A stretch of DNA of 63,952 nt, the filler included, from Octopus bimaculoides (Eukaryota), in NCBI RefSeq assembly GCF_001194135.2. It is 7 parts of 7 records of this genome, joined end to end, with 100 filler letters (N's around TTAATTAATTAA, not from the genome) between each part and the next. Parts side by side here need not be neighbours in the genome. Positions count along the whole stretch, not along the records: positions 15,931 to 45,481 come from NC_068989.1; 6 more parts are not named here. One strand, 5' to 3'. Under the pieces are notes generated by a model, which was given only the letters and a program-made list of their open reading frames with translations, made no database searches and was not told the origin of the DNA. A program made the translations under genes and the position numbers. Below are positions 24,592-37,790 of this stretch, in pieces. Position 1 is the first letter of the stretch. Each line of letters begins with the position of its first letter.

Positions 24592-26324
24592 TCGCTGATT
24601 TTGAGATTATTTCTATTGAAAAGTTTGTGATAAAGAAGGATATGCGTGAGATGTCTGTTTATAAGATTTAGAAAGCTTGGAGCTATACTGGCTGTTATAT
24701 CTAAACTGGTAGAGAAGGAACCATACAAAATTATTTTTCAGTTGCAGTTTTTCTTGTCTTTACATTTTTATGGTGCTGATGGTATTGTACTTATCTTTAA
24801 TCCACTCTCTTTTAAGTAATCGCTGTAATGATATGCAACATTATTAAAAGATTTCTTCGTCTGAATATATGTTCGACATTCATCTGCTAATCCTGATGAT
24901 TATGTTTTTTTTATAACTGTAATGGAGTAGATAATGTATGTTAATGTTAAAGTTAATGGATATAATTCATTATTACTAATAATAATTTACTGAACCATAT
25001 ACACATTCACATAACATACATAGATACCCTTGTAGACATGTAATATACATACATACGTTACATATAATCCCCTCACGCAGATAAATTATGTGTGTATGCG
25101 TGTGTGTGTGTGTGTGTGTATGTTCATGTATGTATGTATGTATTCATGCATATATCTATATATATATATATATATATATATCTCTATATATATANNNNNN
25201 NNNNNNNNNNNNNNNNNNNNNNNNNNNNNNNNNNNNNNNNNNNNNNNNNNNNNNNNNNNNNNNNNNNNNNNNNTATATATAGGCACTGCGTGTGTTTACC
25301 TGCATATACGTCATTTTTAGGTGAGTTGATATTAGTAGTCATTCAAAGCATCCATTAAGTTTCAAAAAACCACCCTCAACTTCATATTAAGATTGCTTTA
25401 TTATATTTGAGTTGTTGTTGGGGGGGGGTTCTCATGTTTGTTTCCAGTATTGATGTATTGCACAAATATTCAAACCGATCTTCCAACAACGAATGTACAT
25501 AAATATTCAAAGCCTCTTGCAATAATTTCCGTTTGTGTCATACATATGAATGGAAATATCTCTCAACAACTACCTGAATGTTTATATTAGCCTATTTTGT
25601 TTCATCATTTATTTTCGTAAAATTTCATATTCGAATCTTCTAATAAAGTTGCCTGGCAACCTTCGGGTTCCACATGAAAATAGTCAACTGGATTGGATGC
25701 TTTTCTGACAAATTGCTCCTTTGCAGTGTGTGTTGACAGAGCTCTCTTGACAATTTCATAATGGCATCCTTTCATTATACCAGCACAAAACGCATTAGTT
25801 CCACGCCGACACTTATATTCAAGCTAGAACCTCCAAATGAGAAAATGTCTATGTCAGAGCAAGGAATCTTTCTTTAGTATCAGTAGTATATAAGAATACG
25901 AGATATGGAAGCACAAATGGGCTGAGAAAAGTAATTAATCTTTACAAATGTATAAGAATATAAATCTTTAATAAATTCTTGCGATATTTTACAAATTCAT
26001 AGGCAGGCATGAGACCATATTACGCAACATTTCTTGAAATATTACAATATATTATAGAACACTTGATAATTATAATGATACCGGAACACCAAAGACACAA
26101 CAGAGTATAATGTTTAAAATTTCATGAAATTTAATCTGCAGCTTAATAAGGTTGGCCTTACCTGCTTTGAAAGACTCAGAGATATTACATGGGGTAGATG
26201 TTAAATGTTAATTACAGCAATTTTTTTAATTGGTTTGCAAGATTGTTGTGGTCATCTAGTTATGTTTGTATGTACATGTAAAGTCTCTCTCTATCTCGCT
26301 TTCTCTCTCTTGCTCTCTCTCTTG

Positions 26325-26358
<34 letters not shown>

Positions 26359-27244
26359 TTCTCTCTCTCTCTCTCTCTCACTTTATCTATGTGTGTATAT
26401 TTCTTTGTGTACGTTCGTGTGTGCGTGCGTGTGTGTGTTTCCTCGAATGACAAAGCGTAAGTGCAGCAACGTTCAATACGTTATTCCTCAAATGAGAATA
26501 TTTTCAATATCTTCAGAGAGTTCTGCCATAAACTATTAAATTTGTATATCAAAATATAATCTGACTGTGAATGAATTAAGTCGAGTTGAAAGGTACCAGC
26601 AGCTTTTATCTATATTACATCGAAAGCAGTTTCGCACATTCGTAAATGAAGCGGTTGTGTAAATCTCGGAAACCACTTTTGCAGTTGATCCAAAAGAGTT
26701 GAAATACTTTGTAGCATATTCCTCGATCGATTTTGGTTTCTGTATTTCTACAACAGAAAATTTACCATGCGGGCGTTTTTGATTTACGAAGAGCATTGAT
26801 TTGGTTCAAAGCTTCAGGTATTGGCTATATGACATGTAATAAGCTGATTAGCTACTTGTAATGTCAAACTTAGATCATTTTTGTGGTTACTGATATCGAG
26901 CAATTACAAAGTACATTACGGCAAATTACACAATGTAAGTTTACAGAAGCATTTTGATCCTTTTATTCTATAATGGGAATGTCTTTAATATCCGTAAAGA
27001 AATTTACTTCATCTTTCATCTCATGCAAGGGCTTAAATATACATCTTTTGCTTAGACACCAAACCTCGTACCATTATATAATGTCAACGAACCTCGTAAT
27101 GCTAAATAAATCACCACATTTTTTGCTTGGAGATCATCCAAAAATTTCTTTACGTTTTCTGTTGTTCAATCCTTTATTTTATAAGGTTAATACATTTTCT
27201 TTACTATGCTTACTATTTTCATCACATTATTCATTCTCTAAGAA

Positions 27245-27452
27245 TGAATAATGCTTTCTAACTTTGGCACAAGGCCAGCAATTTTGAGGAGAGGACCATA
27301 TTGATTACATTGGCTGCAGTACTTTATCGACACCGAAAGGATGAAAAGCAAAGTAGACCTTAGTGGAATTTAAACTCAGAACGTAAAGAGCAGAAAAAAT
27401 GCCGCCAACCATTTAGTCCGACGCTCTAACGATTCTGCCAGCTCCCCGCTTT
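27245..27452 (-). mobile_element. SINE family A, diverged
   Basis: ttggcacaaggccagcaatttt...ttatcgacaccgaaaggatgaaa...aactcagaacgtaaag...aacgattctgccagctc. Confidence 0.8.
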
Positions 27453-27678
27453 ATTTACTAAGAATAAATAATGATATGCAAATGTGCACATAAATTTTAT
27501 TAGGGAATAAAGCAATGACACGTTATTAGGGTAACGTTTCTCAAATTTATTCTTGCTGTTTCTGAGTTCCTATGAGTGATGGCGTGCTATCTTGCTTGAT
27601 CAAATAGTACTGTTCAGAGTCGTAGCTTTCTTAAGCTACAACCGAATCTTTACAAAAAGGACTCACATAATTCTTTTA

Positions 27679-28058
27679 GAGTAAATATTGTTTGCCAACA
27701 TAACATGGCAGTCCTGGTTTAGGACGAATGTTGCTGTAATTTAGCCCCAGGAGACATCGACTCCAGCTGGCTATACGACACGATCTGTGTCCTTATATTT
27801 TCGAACAAGGGAATCTAGCACCCCCACTCCGTTCAAAACAATATCTGTGTATCGCGGTTTCCGGATTATTTCCCTTCATCGCGATACACAGATATTTTTT
27901 TGAGATGAGTAGGGGTGCTAGATTCCTTTGCTCGAAAATATAAAGACACAGATCGTGTCGTATAGTCAGCTAGAGAACGATGTCTCATGGGACTAAATAA
28001 TAGCAACATTCGTCCTAAATCAGGACTGCTATGTTATGTTGGCAAACAGTCTTTACTC
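27679..28058. mobile_element. Foldback/MITE-like palindrome, ~178-bp arms, 23-nt loop
   Basis: Left gagtaaatattgtttgccaacataac...aatatctgtgtatcgcg pairs with right cgcgatacacagatatt...gttatgttggcaaacagtctttactc; mostly transition mismatches; no clear TSD. Confidence 0.85.
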
Positions 28059-28431
28059 CAAACTACTGTTGCTGAATATCTCTCGTTGTGAGATTTAAAA
28101 ATAGTGATTTTTCTCATATTTTTTTTTTTTTTAAACATCATAGTTCTCTATTTCTCATTGAACAATAACTTTCTCCTGCAGCCCTTCTTTTATATTTTTT
28201 TATAATCAGTTTAAAATATTCAATTTAAAAAGAAAATCGGAAAATTGACTGCAGCTGTTGCAACCATTCAAAATTACTGCACTTAATTAGTAATGACGCA
28301 AATGACAACCAGCTTAGACAATACTTCAGATTTTTACTGATTATTCATCACAAATAACAATACTTACTGAATAACACAGAATAATTAGCCGCTGCCAACG
28401 AGGAGGGGTGGAATACAAATACTGAATTTTA

Positions 28432-28683
28432 ATTGCCTGTAATAATAATGGTTTCAAATTTTGGCTCAAAGCCAGCAAGTTCGAGGAAGTGGGCAGGTCG
28501 ATTACATCGGCCCCAGTGATCAACTGATAATTATTTTAACGACCCTGAAAGGATGAAAGGCAAAGTCGGCCTCGGCAGAATTTGAACTCGGAACGTAAAG
28601 ACGAACGAAATGCCACTAAGCATTTTGCCCGGTGTGCCAACGACTCAGCCAGCTTGTCGCTTTATTGCCTGTAATAATAATGG
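28432..28683 (-). mobile_element. SINE family A with 20-bp flanking direct repeat
   Basis: ATTGCCTGTAATAATAATGG at 28432-28451 and 28664-28683. Confidence 0.9.
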
Positions 28684-29214
28684 GACTATTTTATTATTAC
28701 TTTCTATGTATTCCCTGTTGTGATTAATGTCACAAAACAAGCATTACTGTAAGCAGAAATTAATTTTGTGTCATATATGGTGTTGATAGCAACTTATATT
28801 AAATTATTCTTTTGGTTTTAAAGCTGGAATCATTCATTTTTTTTTTCTCATAAAAGTTTTTTTAGATAACTTCGTCTGCTGATGATTAAAAATTTGATTG
28901 CTAGTAAAATGTTGCACGCAGGCAATGCAGTCTCCGGCTTCTACTCCACCTGGTGACTTGACCTGTTAGAACGAGCAGGTCAAGATCTCCCCCCCCCCCC
29001 TCAAATAACATCAGACACATCAGATAATCTAGTTTATATATACTGTCCGAAAATATACTGTAGATCACAACTGAAACACATTTCAAAATAAATCTCCTCG
29101 GGCTAATCCCGAGATTAAACGACAACAGCAACAACTACTACAACAACAACAACTACGACTACAACTGCTACTGCTACTATTACTACTACCATAAAAGACA
29201 AGCCAATGAGGAAC

Positions 29215-29410
29215 CGCTTTGCTATTTTCGATTTGCTAGAAATTGCAACCAAATCTTTCTCATATCTTATACTACGTTCTTAAAAAGAAAAGGGTATTTT
29301 GGATAACGTAATCTTAAATGTACTATGCCAGAAAGAAAAATTAAGTATGCTGGTGGCTGGAATGCTTATAATCATTGAGGCCTATTTGATCGAGGCTAAC
29401 ACGGAAATGA
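29215..29410 (+). repeat. Old unclassified interspersed repeat (family E, (AAC)n tail in better-preserved copies)
   Basis: gctagaaattgcaaccaaatc...ttggataacgta...ggctggaatgc.t..atcat...gatc.aggct; related copies at ~39700-39951, ~39980-40140, ~40990-41210 and reversed at ~14735-14790. Confidence 0.55.
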
Positions 29411-29692
29411 ACAGAAGCTACAATTAAAGACAAGTGTCATCATAATTAATTAATACCTCTTTGAGCCCGTAACAAACCCTTCCCCTTCGTATAGTGGGTT
29501 TACAAGGACTACTCTAACAGATCCATTCTTTCTCCAGACTACGTCCGAAAATCGTCATTATAATGAATAAGTGGTGTGAAGTGGCCCTGTCGAGAATCGA
29601 ACCTGAATATCGAATTCGACTTGCTAAGAATCTACCACTAGTGTATCACAACGAGAGCCTTTAGCAGTTAAGTTTACTGGCCAAAAATAGGA

Positions 29693-29883
29693 ATAAAATC
29701 ATAATTAACAGTAGGATCAGTTAATTATGATTTTATTCAACCTATTCTCCTCTCAGATTCACACACTTATTGCAGCGGTCCTTCAGTTTTTCTAAGCCCT
29801 GTAAAAGATCTCGGAAGATTGGGCCTCCAAATAGGCCTTTCGCGACACCCTTCAAGCCAGGAACTTTTCAGCACTCCCTCGTA
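29693..29883 (-). mobile_element. Internally deleted mariner derivative
   Basis: Minus strand starts TA-CGAGGGAGTGCTGAAAAGTTCCTGGCTT (mariner-like TIR), then the transposase C-terminus QGLEKLKDRCNKCVNLRGE*VE*. Confidence 0.7.
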
Positions 29884-32140
29884 TAACCTGGATACCAGCA
29901 GTCTGAGTAAAAAAGGAACAGTTTTTCTGGAAGGTCTTTGATCACAGGTCCTCTCGGGCACACCCTTGGGGCTAAACAACTATTCACGTCTCCTGCCAGC
30001 ATTACTGGACAATACACATTTACAATGCACATTTTGAATTATTAGTTTATAAAAATGTTAAATATAAAAGTTTGTGACAAGCTCCGAGTGAGGCTTTACA
30101 CGAAGCCAAGATTACATTATTACAGTAAAACTGGCGAAAAAATTTTAAAACAAAACAAAAATCTAACATGAAAGTTGCCAATCCAGGAACTCCATTGGCA
30201 CAAAAGATAAGAAAATTTTCTTGCAAGCGCTTATCTTGGTGATGTGCCAGGCTAGCTGTTTATGTTGCTTCATACTAACTACTGCGAATATTACTTCACA
30301 GTTTAACATAACAAACAACATTTGGCTACAGAAACTAAAATAAAATTTGATAGAAGAACCACAGAATTTCTTATCGAAATGGATGCCTCCTTAACTAAGA
30401 TATCGAGCGCTCAGTATCTTCTTCTGATATTCTTGTTCAATTTATTGATTTCTTACTTAGACAGAATGCTATACATATTAAGTCGGATAGTAAGACTGTT
30501 TGGTGTTCTTAAAGAGAATTTAAAAAAACATAATTCTTTATAATTCTTTAACTACAAAGCTCGATATATTTATCGAGCACTCTGTGTCCTTTTCTATATA
30601 TTTGTTCAATGTATTGATTTCTTACGTAAACACAATTGCAGGCTCATAAAATCGGCCAGTAAGACTGTTTGATCTTCATACCTTTCTTGGGAAGATTATG
30701 TGTGTAAATGAAATGAGTTGACGTCAACCAAAAATTTAATCGGTTCATAGAATTAACTCACTTTACTCACTTTTTTAAAATCGTTATTTATTATTAACAC
30801 TGTCACGCCACTTAAAACTGTATTTGGATTCGCTTGCTCCACATTTCTAGCAATAAATTCTGCTAATTCGTTCTGAGCTTTCCTTCAATACCATTAAGTA
30901 ACGTTCTGATAAAACGTTTCTGCTGAAATGTGAAGAAGATATTTCGATCAAAACATATCAGTCAATCGCACCAACTTAAACCCATTTTATATGACTTTAA
31001 ACTCCAGTGTCAATTGTCATTATTTCAAGCTTAAGCCTTTGAGAACCTAATATCAGAAACACCAGATATTTTTGGAATTTAATCAAAATTCAGTAACATA
31101 GAATAATTAACTGCCAATTTAAATTTAATTGATTTTATTTTTTTATTTTATTTTTATTTCCGAATTAATCTAGTGATGAAAGGAGAATAAATGCCTTTTT
31201 AAAACAGGAAGATGCTACATTCACAATCGTAATATCTGAGAGAATTACAAACGTGACTTTCCAGTGAAATTAATAAAGTGACCGAAGAATTATTATTACA
31301 AGTTTATATTTCTTTGCGTAATTCTTTCGACATTTCTACAGAGATTTGCCAAGATATGTCATTCTTTACCTTCAATCAAATAATTAACTCTGAGTTAAAT
31401 TTCTGAAAAAAATCAGCAATTCATAAGATTACGATGTTAAGATACATCTGTTGTAAATAATAGACCAGGGTATCAAATTATAGGGGTAAAACCGAGAACT
31501 AATAATAGTAATGGAACTGAAATTGTTATTCGTTCTTATAATATATCCTTTTCGAAGTTAATTCATTCATAATTTAATTTATGTGGGTTATCTATTCGTA
31601 TCATAGCCTGCCCTGCTACCGCTAAGTAGGTAGCTAACGAATTATTAGGTGAAAATAAAATTGTTGAGTATAAACTAACAGAAAATATATTCGCAACAGA
31701 CGTTCTGCAGTGTAATCGGTATTGAAATCATCCTACAAGCAATAAATACGTAGTTTGAATCCATACACGAAATCTGCAGCTTTTTTTTCTCCGACTCAAA
31801 TTCAACCTTATAATATCTAATATCTTAAAAATAAATATAGTTCCATACAAACATTGAATATAACAACTGTAGCTATACAATTACAAAATTTAATACGTTT
31901 AGCTCTGATAATCAAATTAAATTGTAATTAATTTTATTTCACAACTATTTAGATGTCAAAATATTTTGGGCAAAAGGATAGGGTTCTTGATTGCATTCAC
32001 TTCAACAGAACAGAATTAAATCGTTCCAAATCTACGTAATATGCAGTTCAGTTTTAGAGAAGTATAATGTATGTGTGTGTGAGATAGGTTCACAAGGCTA
32101 TACTGTTCTCATATGTATTTTTAGCTACCTTATATTATTT

Positions 32141-32335
32141 TCCGTTATGGGTACAAGGCCTAAAATTTGGAAGGGTTACATCGAACCCAGGGCTCAACTA
32201 GCACTTATTCTCCAGACCTCGAAGAGAAGAAAAGCAAAATCAACCTCCACAGAATTTGAACTCAGAATGTAAAGCCGTAAGAAATGCTGCTAATCATTTT
32301 GTCCGGCTTGCTAACGATTCTGAGAGCTCACCAGC
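32141..32335 (-). mobile_element. SINE family A, diverged
   Basis: gtacaaggcctaaaatttgg...acatcgaaccc...gaatttgaactcagaatgtaaag...ctaacgattctg. Confidence 0.75.
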
Positions 32336-33345
32336 TTCTAACCGTCTTATATTAATCTGAGGAATTAATGTGGCAAAAAGTTGAAATAATAGTGTGGTTT
32401 GACTACGAGACTATCAAATGTACAACATAGTGGTAATGTCTATACAAATTAAAATCACTGCTATGTTGGTGTTGCATGATAGCTACAATCAACGGTTTAT
32501 ACTAATGGTAGTGAAATGTAGTTATTCGCCTTATAGTTGTCATTACGTTTTCTTTTCTTTTTTTCTTTAGTATTTTGTCATGTGTTGGCACATGGACGCA
32601 GTTTGCATCATTAAATGTTCAATGCTATTTTTATTTTTCGACTAGAGAGATTGCATTACTTTCATCTTGCAGTCTGAACATTGGCTTGCAGTCTGAACAT
32701 TGTTCCAACTTATAGGAACGTTATCAATTCCACCACCATCCTTCAGTCTTCGGGAGATGAAATTTATTCGATCACTTTATATGAAGGCATGAGTGCTCTA
32801 TGGCTGTCTGTTTTGAATGCGTTCTCCTTGATCCCTATATAATTTTTGCAACACCGTTTATAGCTGTTAATATTGCTCTATATATAGGTGTTTTTGTGAG
32901 ACATATGTTATTAAATGGAAGGATGTAATGCAGTTGAAGTAGAATTCTAGCATTTACATTAGGGAGTTTCTAGTTTATAACTTATGTCATAATGAGATAT
33001 TTGGGTTGCTATCCGTTTCAAACAGCTATAGCTGGGTTTTATATTATTCGTATTGAAAAGCTTGTGATATTTATGGGTGACGTAAGAAAGCATTTTTTTT
33101 CTTTTATCTGTGACAGGAAATTTGTAGATGTTTGATGTTTTACATAATGTAAGGTATATAGGAAATGACAAGGAGTCTCTAAATATATATGTGTGTATAT
33201 CCGTGTATGTGTGCATATGTGCATTTTTGCTATACTCATATATAGGTACATACATGTATGCATATATGCATATACATATACAAACATATATAGATATACA
33301 TATAGATATTTTTTTACATACACACACTCATGCATATATGCGTGC

Positions 33346-33407
<62 letters not shown>

Positions 33408-35505
33408 CACCCCTTCACCGAAATTCGTATCATTTTAGAAATCAACATTTAAGTGGTAGGTCGGCAGAATTCTTGCGGTCTTCAATTGCATGTTTAGGTT
33501 CCGAGTTCAAATCTTTTCCAGGAAACCTTTAAAATAAAGTATCAGTCACAACCAGTCTATGATACATCATAGACGTGAACGGAATTGAACGGAATTATAA
33601 CAGCAGACAAAGAAGAATATTTCTTTCTTGGTACCGTTTCAACTCGGCCGTCTATATATTCTCACAATAGATACAATCGTATCTTACTTCTTAGATGTTA
33701 TTTTCTCTTTTTTGTATGTTTTTTTCTTCTCTCAGAATTGTATCCAATTTCTGGGACTTACTTTGAGGTATTCTAAATATCTATTTGGCTTTCGTGTATT
33801 AAATGTTTGGCTCAACAAATCTTGAAACTTGATTCGCTGGTTACATTATTTGATCAAACGTTGTAAGTGTATATTTAAAAGGATGCGTGAGGAGTGGCTG
33901 GTTTAGAACAAGCATTCCTGCTTGATCTCTTGCTCACTGACAAAGATAAAGCATATGTGAAAACATTAGTTGTTTCCCTCGCCCCAAACTTTTCTATGTT
34001 CTTCATGCCAGACATTCTATTTCTGTACAAATTAATGCAAAGCTATATGTAAATGATTGCGATATCAACACTCGTGAAGTCCGTTTATTATTGCTATCTC
34101 ATCTCTTCCGTTTATCATTACTATCTCAGTTCTTTCGTAAAGAAGTTGCAATTTGTATTAATGGGTCTACAAGACGAATTAGTGTTGGCATTTGGTCTTT
34201 GGAGATTTACACAGCCGAACTGGCGATTTTAGGTCTGTTGTTTAGATGGAAAAATTTGCCTGAATAGATGAGATGGTTAGCTTTGATTTGTCAACTGCAA
34301 ATTGAAGTTGGCATAAAGAAAAGTCAAAAATATATATATAATTAAGAATACTCAAATAAGAAATGAAACATGCTCAATACTGTACATGCGAAAGGGAGAT
34401 AAGATAATTATATTTAACGATAAAGAAATTTAGTTTGTCGTTGATAAGGAATGGGAAAAAGATCACATGAGAATCGTCTTTGAAAACAAATATAAAAACA
34501 AATGGAAATTTCAGTAAATTACTGAAAACTAAGAATGAATCAACTGTTTTAAAACTTGAAATGAATATTCAGAAATCTCTTTTTTTTTTTTTTTTNNNNN
34601 NNNNNNNNNNNNNNNNNNNNNNNNNNNNNNNNNNNNNNNNNNNNNNNNNNNNNNNNNNNNNNNNNNNNNNNNNNNNNNNNNNNNNNNNNNNNNNNNNNNN
34701 NNNNNNNNNNNNNNNNNNNNNNNNNNNNNNNNNNNNNNNNNNNNNNNNNNNNNNNNNNNNNNNNNNNNNNNNNNNNNNNNNNNNNNNNNNNNNNNNNNNN
34801 NNNNNNNNNNNNNNNNNNNNNNNNNNNNNNNNNNNNNNNNNNNNNNNNNNNNNNNNNNNNNNNNNNNNNNNNNNNNNNNNNNNNNNNNNNNNNNNNNNNN
34901 NNNNNNNNNNNNNNNNNNNNNNNNNNNNNNNNNNNNNNNNNNNNNNNNNNNNNNNNNNNNNNNNNNNNNNNNNNNNNNNNNNNNNNNNNNNNNNNNNNNN
35001 NNNNNNNNNNNNNNNNNNNNNNNNNNNNNNNNNNNNNNNNNNNNNNNNNNNNNNNNNNNNNNNNNNNNNNNNNNNNNNNNNNNNNNNNNNNNNNNNNNNN
35101 NNNNNNNNNNNNNNNNNNNNNNNNNNNNNNNNNNNNNNNNNNNNNNNNNNNNNNNNNNNNNNNNNNNNNNNNNNNNNNNNNNNNNNNNNNNNNNNNNNNN
35201 NNNNNNNNNNNNNNNNNNNNNNNNNNNNNNNNNNNNNNNNNNNNNNNNNNNNNNNNNNNNNNNNNNNNNNNNNNNNNNNNNNNNNNNNNNNNNNNNNNNN
35301 NNNNNNNNNNNNNNNNNNNNNNNNNNNNNNNNNNNNNNNNNNNNNNNNNNNNNNNNNNNNNNNNNNNNNNNNNNNNNNNNNNNNNNNNNNNNNNNNNNNN
35401 NGAGAGAGAGAGTTCAAATTTACAGAAAATAAAAGACAAAGATGGGTGTAGGAACAACAAACAGGTGTATTAGTTTCACGCTCGGGAGAAAATGGAAAAG
35501 TTTTT

Positions 35506-35927
35506 AACGCTCTTCGACACAAGGCCCGAAATATTTGGGGAGGGGGGCCAGTCGATTAGATCGACGCCAGTACGCAAATGGTACTTAATTTATCGACCCC
35601 GAAAGGATGAAAGGCAAAGTCGACCTCGGCGGAATTTGAACTCAGAATATATGACAGCCGAAATGCCGCTAAGCATTTCGCCCGGCGTGCTAACGATTCT
35701 TATTTCTTTACTACCCACAAGGGGCTAAACATAGAAGGGACAAACAAGGACAGACAAACGGATTATGTCGATTACATCGACCCAAGTGCGTAACTGGTAC
35801 TTAATTTATTGACCCTGAAAGGATGAAAGGCAAAGTCGAGAGCATTTGAACTCAGAACGTAACGGCAGACGAAATACCACTGTGCATTTCGTCCGGCGTG
35901 CTAACGTTTTTGCCATCTCGCCGCCTT
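35506..35927 (-). mobile_element. Two head-to-tail SINE family A copies
   Basis: Copies at ~35506-35699 and ~35700-35927. Confidence 0.8.
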
Positions 35928-35999
35928 TTGACAGAAACGAATAAGAGGAAATAAATAGAGAGAGAATGAAAAAACATGTTGAATTCAGTGGTCCAACAT

Positions 36000-36137
36000 C
36001 AGTTTCCATCTACCAAATCCACTCAAAAGGTTTTCGTGGGCTCGGGGTTATTGTAGGCGATACTTGCCCAAAGTGCCACGCATTTGGACAGACCTCGGAA
36101 CCATGTGACTGAGAAACAAACTTCATACCACACAGCA
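36000..36137 (-). mobile_element. SINE family B, 5' half
   Basis: agtttccatctaccaaatccactca...cttgcccaaagtgccacgca...gaaccatgtg. Confidence 0.75.
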
Positions 36138-36162
36138 GCGATTGCGGTGATAGAGAGACAGT

Positions 36163-36204
<42 letters not shown>

Positions 36205-37270
36205 AAGAAAGAAAGAAAGAAAGAAANNNNNNNNNNNNNNNNNNNNNNNNNNNNNNNNNNNNNNNNNNNNNNNNNNNNNNNNNNNNNNNNNNNNNNNNNN
36301 NNNNNNNNNNNNNNNNNNNNNNNNNNNNNNNNNNNNNNNNNNNNNNNNNNNNNNNNNNNNNNNNNNNNNNNNNNNNNNNNNNNNNNNNNNNNNNNNNNNN
36401 NNNNNNNNNNNNNNNNNNNNNNNNNNNNNNNNNNNNNNNNNNNNNNNNNNNNNNNNNNNNNNNNNNNNNNNNNNNNNNNNNNNNNNNNNNNNNNNNNNNN
36501 NNNNNNNNNNNNNNNNNNNNNNNNNNNNNNNNNNNNNNNNNNNNNNNNNNNNNNNNNNNNNNNNNNNNNNNNNNNNNNNNNNNNNNNNNNNNNNNNNNNN
36601 NNNNNNNNNNNNNNNNNNNNNNNNNNNNNNNNNNNNNNNNNNNNNNNNNNNNNNNNNNNNNNNNNNNNNNNNNNNNNNNNNNNNNNNNNNNNNNNNNNNN
36701 NNNNNNNNNNNNNNNNNNNNNNNNNNNNNNNNNNNNNNNNNNNNNNNNNNNNNNNNNNNNNNNNNNNNNNNNNNNNNNNNNNNNNNNNNNNNNNNNNNNN
36801 NNNNNNNNNNNNNNNNNNNNNNNNNNNNNNNNNNNNNNNNNNNNNNNNNNNNNNNNNNNNNNNNNNNNNNNNNNNNNNNNNNNNNNNNNNNNNNNNNNNN
36901 NNNNNNNNNNNNNNNNNNNNNNNNNNNNNNNNNNNNNNNNNNNNNNNNNNNNNNNNNNNNNNNTATATATTAGTGAGTGTATAGTATGTCTATGTCTATG
37001 TATGCATATGTATCCATACGTAAGTGTAAGCACTTACTTATACAAATAAATTATTTTCGCCAACATTCTCATTATATCTTGACACCTAAAGTCTATCCGA
37101 TACTCTTGTTAATATTCTATTTGCTTCACATTTTAGCATTTCTATCTTGTTTTTATATAATCACATACCCATTATTTTTTTATTGTAATGTATAATTTTA
37201 TGTTGTCTTCTATACATTTGTAAGTATATGCGTGGATATATATATTTCCACTAGTATATAATTTATATAT

Positions 37271-37528
37271 GTGGAGGCGCGTGGCTTAGTGGTTAGGGTG
37301 TCAGCATCATGATCGTAAGATTGTGGTTTCGATTCCTAGACCGGGCGACGCGATGTGTTCTTGAGCAAAGCACTTCATTTCACGTTGCTCCAATCCACTC
37401 AGCTGGCAAAAATGAGTAACGCCACGATAGACTGGCGTCCCGTCCAACTGGAGAACACATACGCCATTTAAACCGGGAAACCGGGCCCATGAGCCTCGCT
37501 AGGCTTTAGAAGTGCGCATTTATTTATT
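37271..37528 (+). mobile_element. tRNA-head SINE, family D
   Basis: A-box TGGCTTAGTGG, B-box GGTTTCGATTCC; ttgagcaaagcacttcatttcacgttgctcca.tccactcagctg core; (ATTT)n tail. Confidence 0.85.
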
Positions 37529-37574
37529 ATATATTTGTATATATATTTCTTATTCATTTATGTATATAATCGTT

Positions 37575-37790
37575 TCTTTTACTTTCATTTCTTTCAGTCA
37601 TTTGACTGCGGCCATGCTGGAGCACCGCCTTTTTAGTCGAACAAATCGATCTCCAGGACTTGTTCTTTGTAAGCCCAGTACTTATTCTATCGGTCTCTTT
37701 TGCCGAACCGCTAAGCTACGGGAACGTAAACACACCAATATCGGTTGTCAAGTGATGTTGAGAGGATAAACTCAGACACACAAACATATA
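37575..37790 (-). mobile_element. SINE family B, 3' half, running into microsatellite and gap
   Basis: tcagtcatttgactgcggccatgctggagcaccgcc...gtaaacacacc...ggttgtcaag. Confidence 0.85.

Noticed and set aside
25430-25830. Protein-like minus-strand stretch (KGCHYEIVKRALSTHTAKEQF...; KRKLLQEALNIYV...)
   Set aside because: Interrupted by stops; no motif I can name; the resemblance to Helitron Rep is weak and partly due to a local direct repeat.
26536-26796. 86-aa minus ORF containing CFRCN
   Set aside because: The CxxC lacks the rest of a CCHC knuckle; in-frame stop just upstream; no convincing splice sites.
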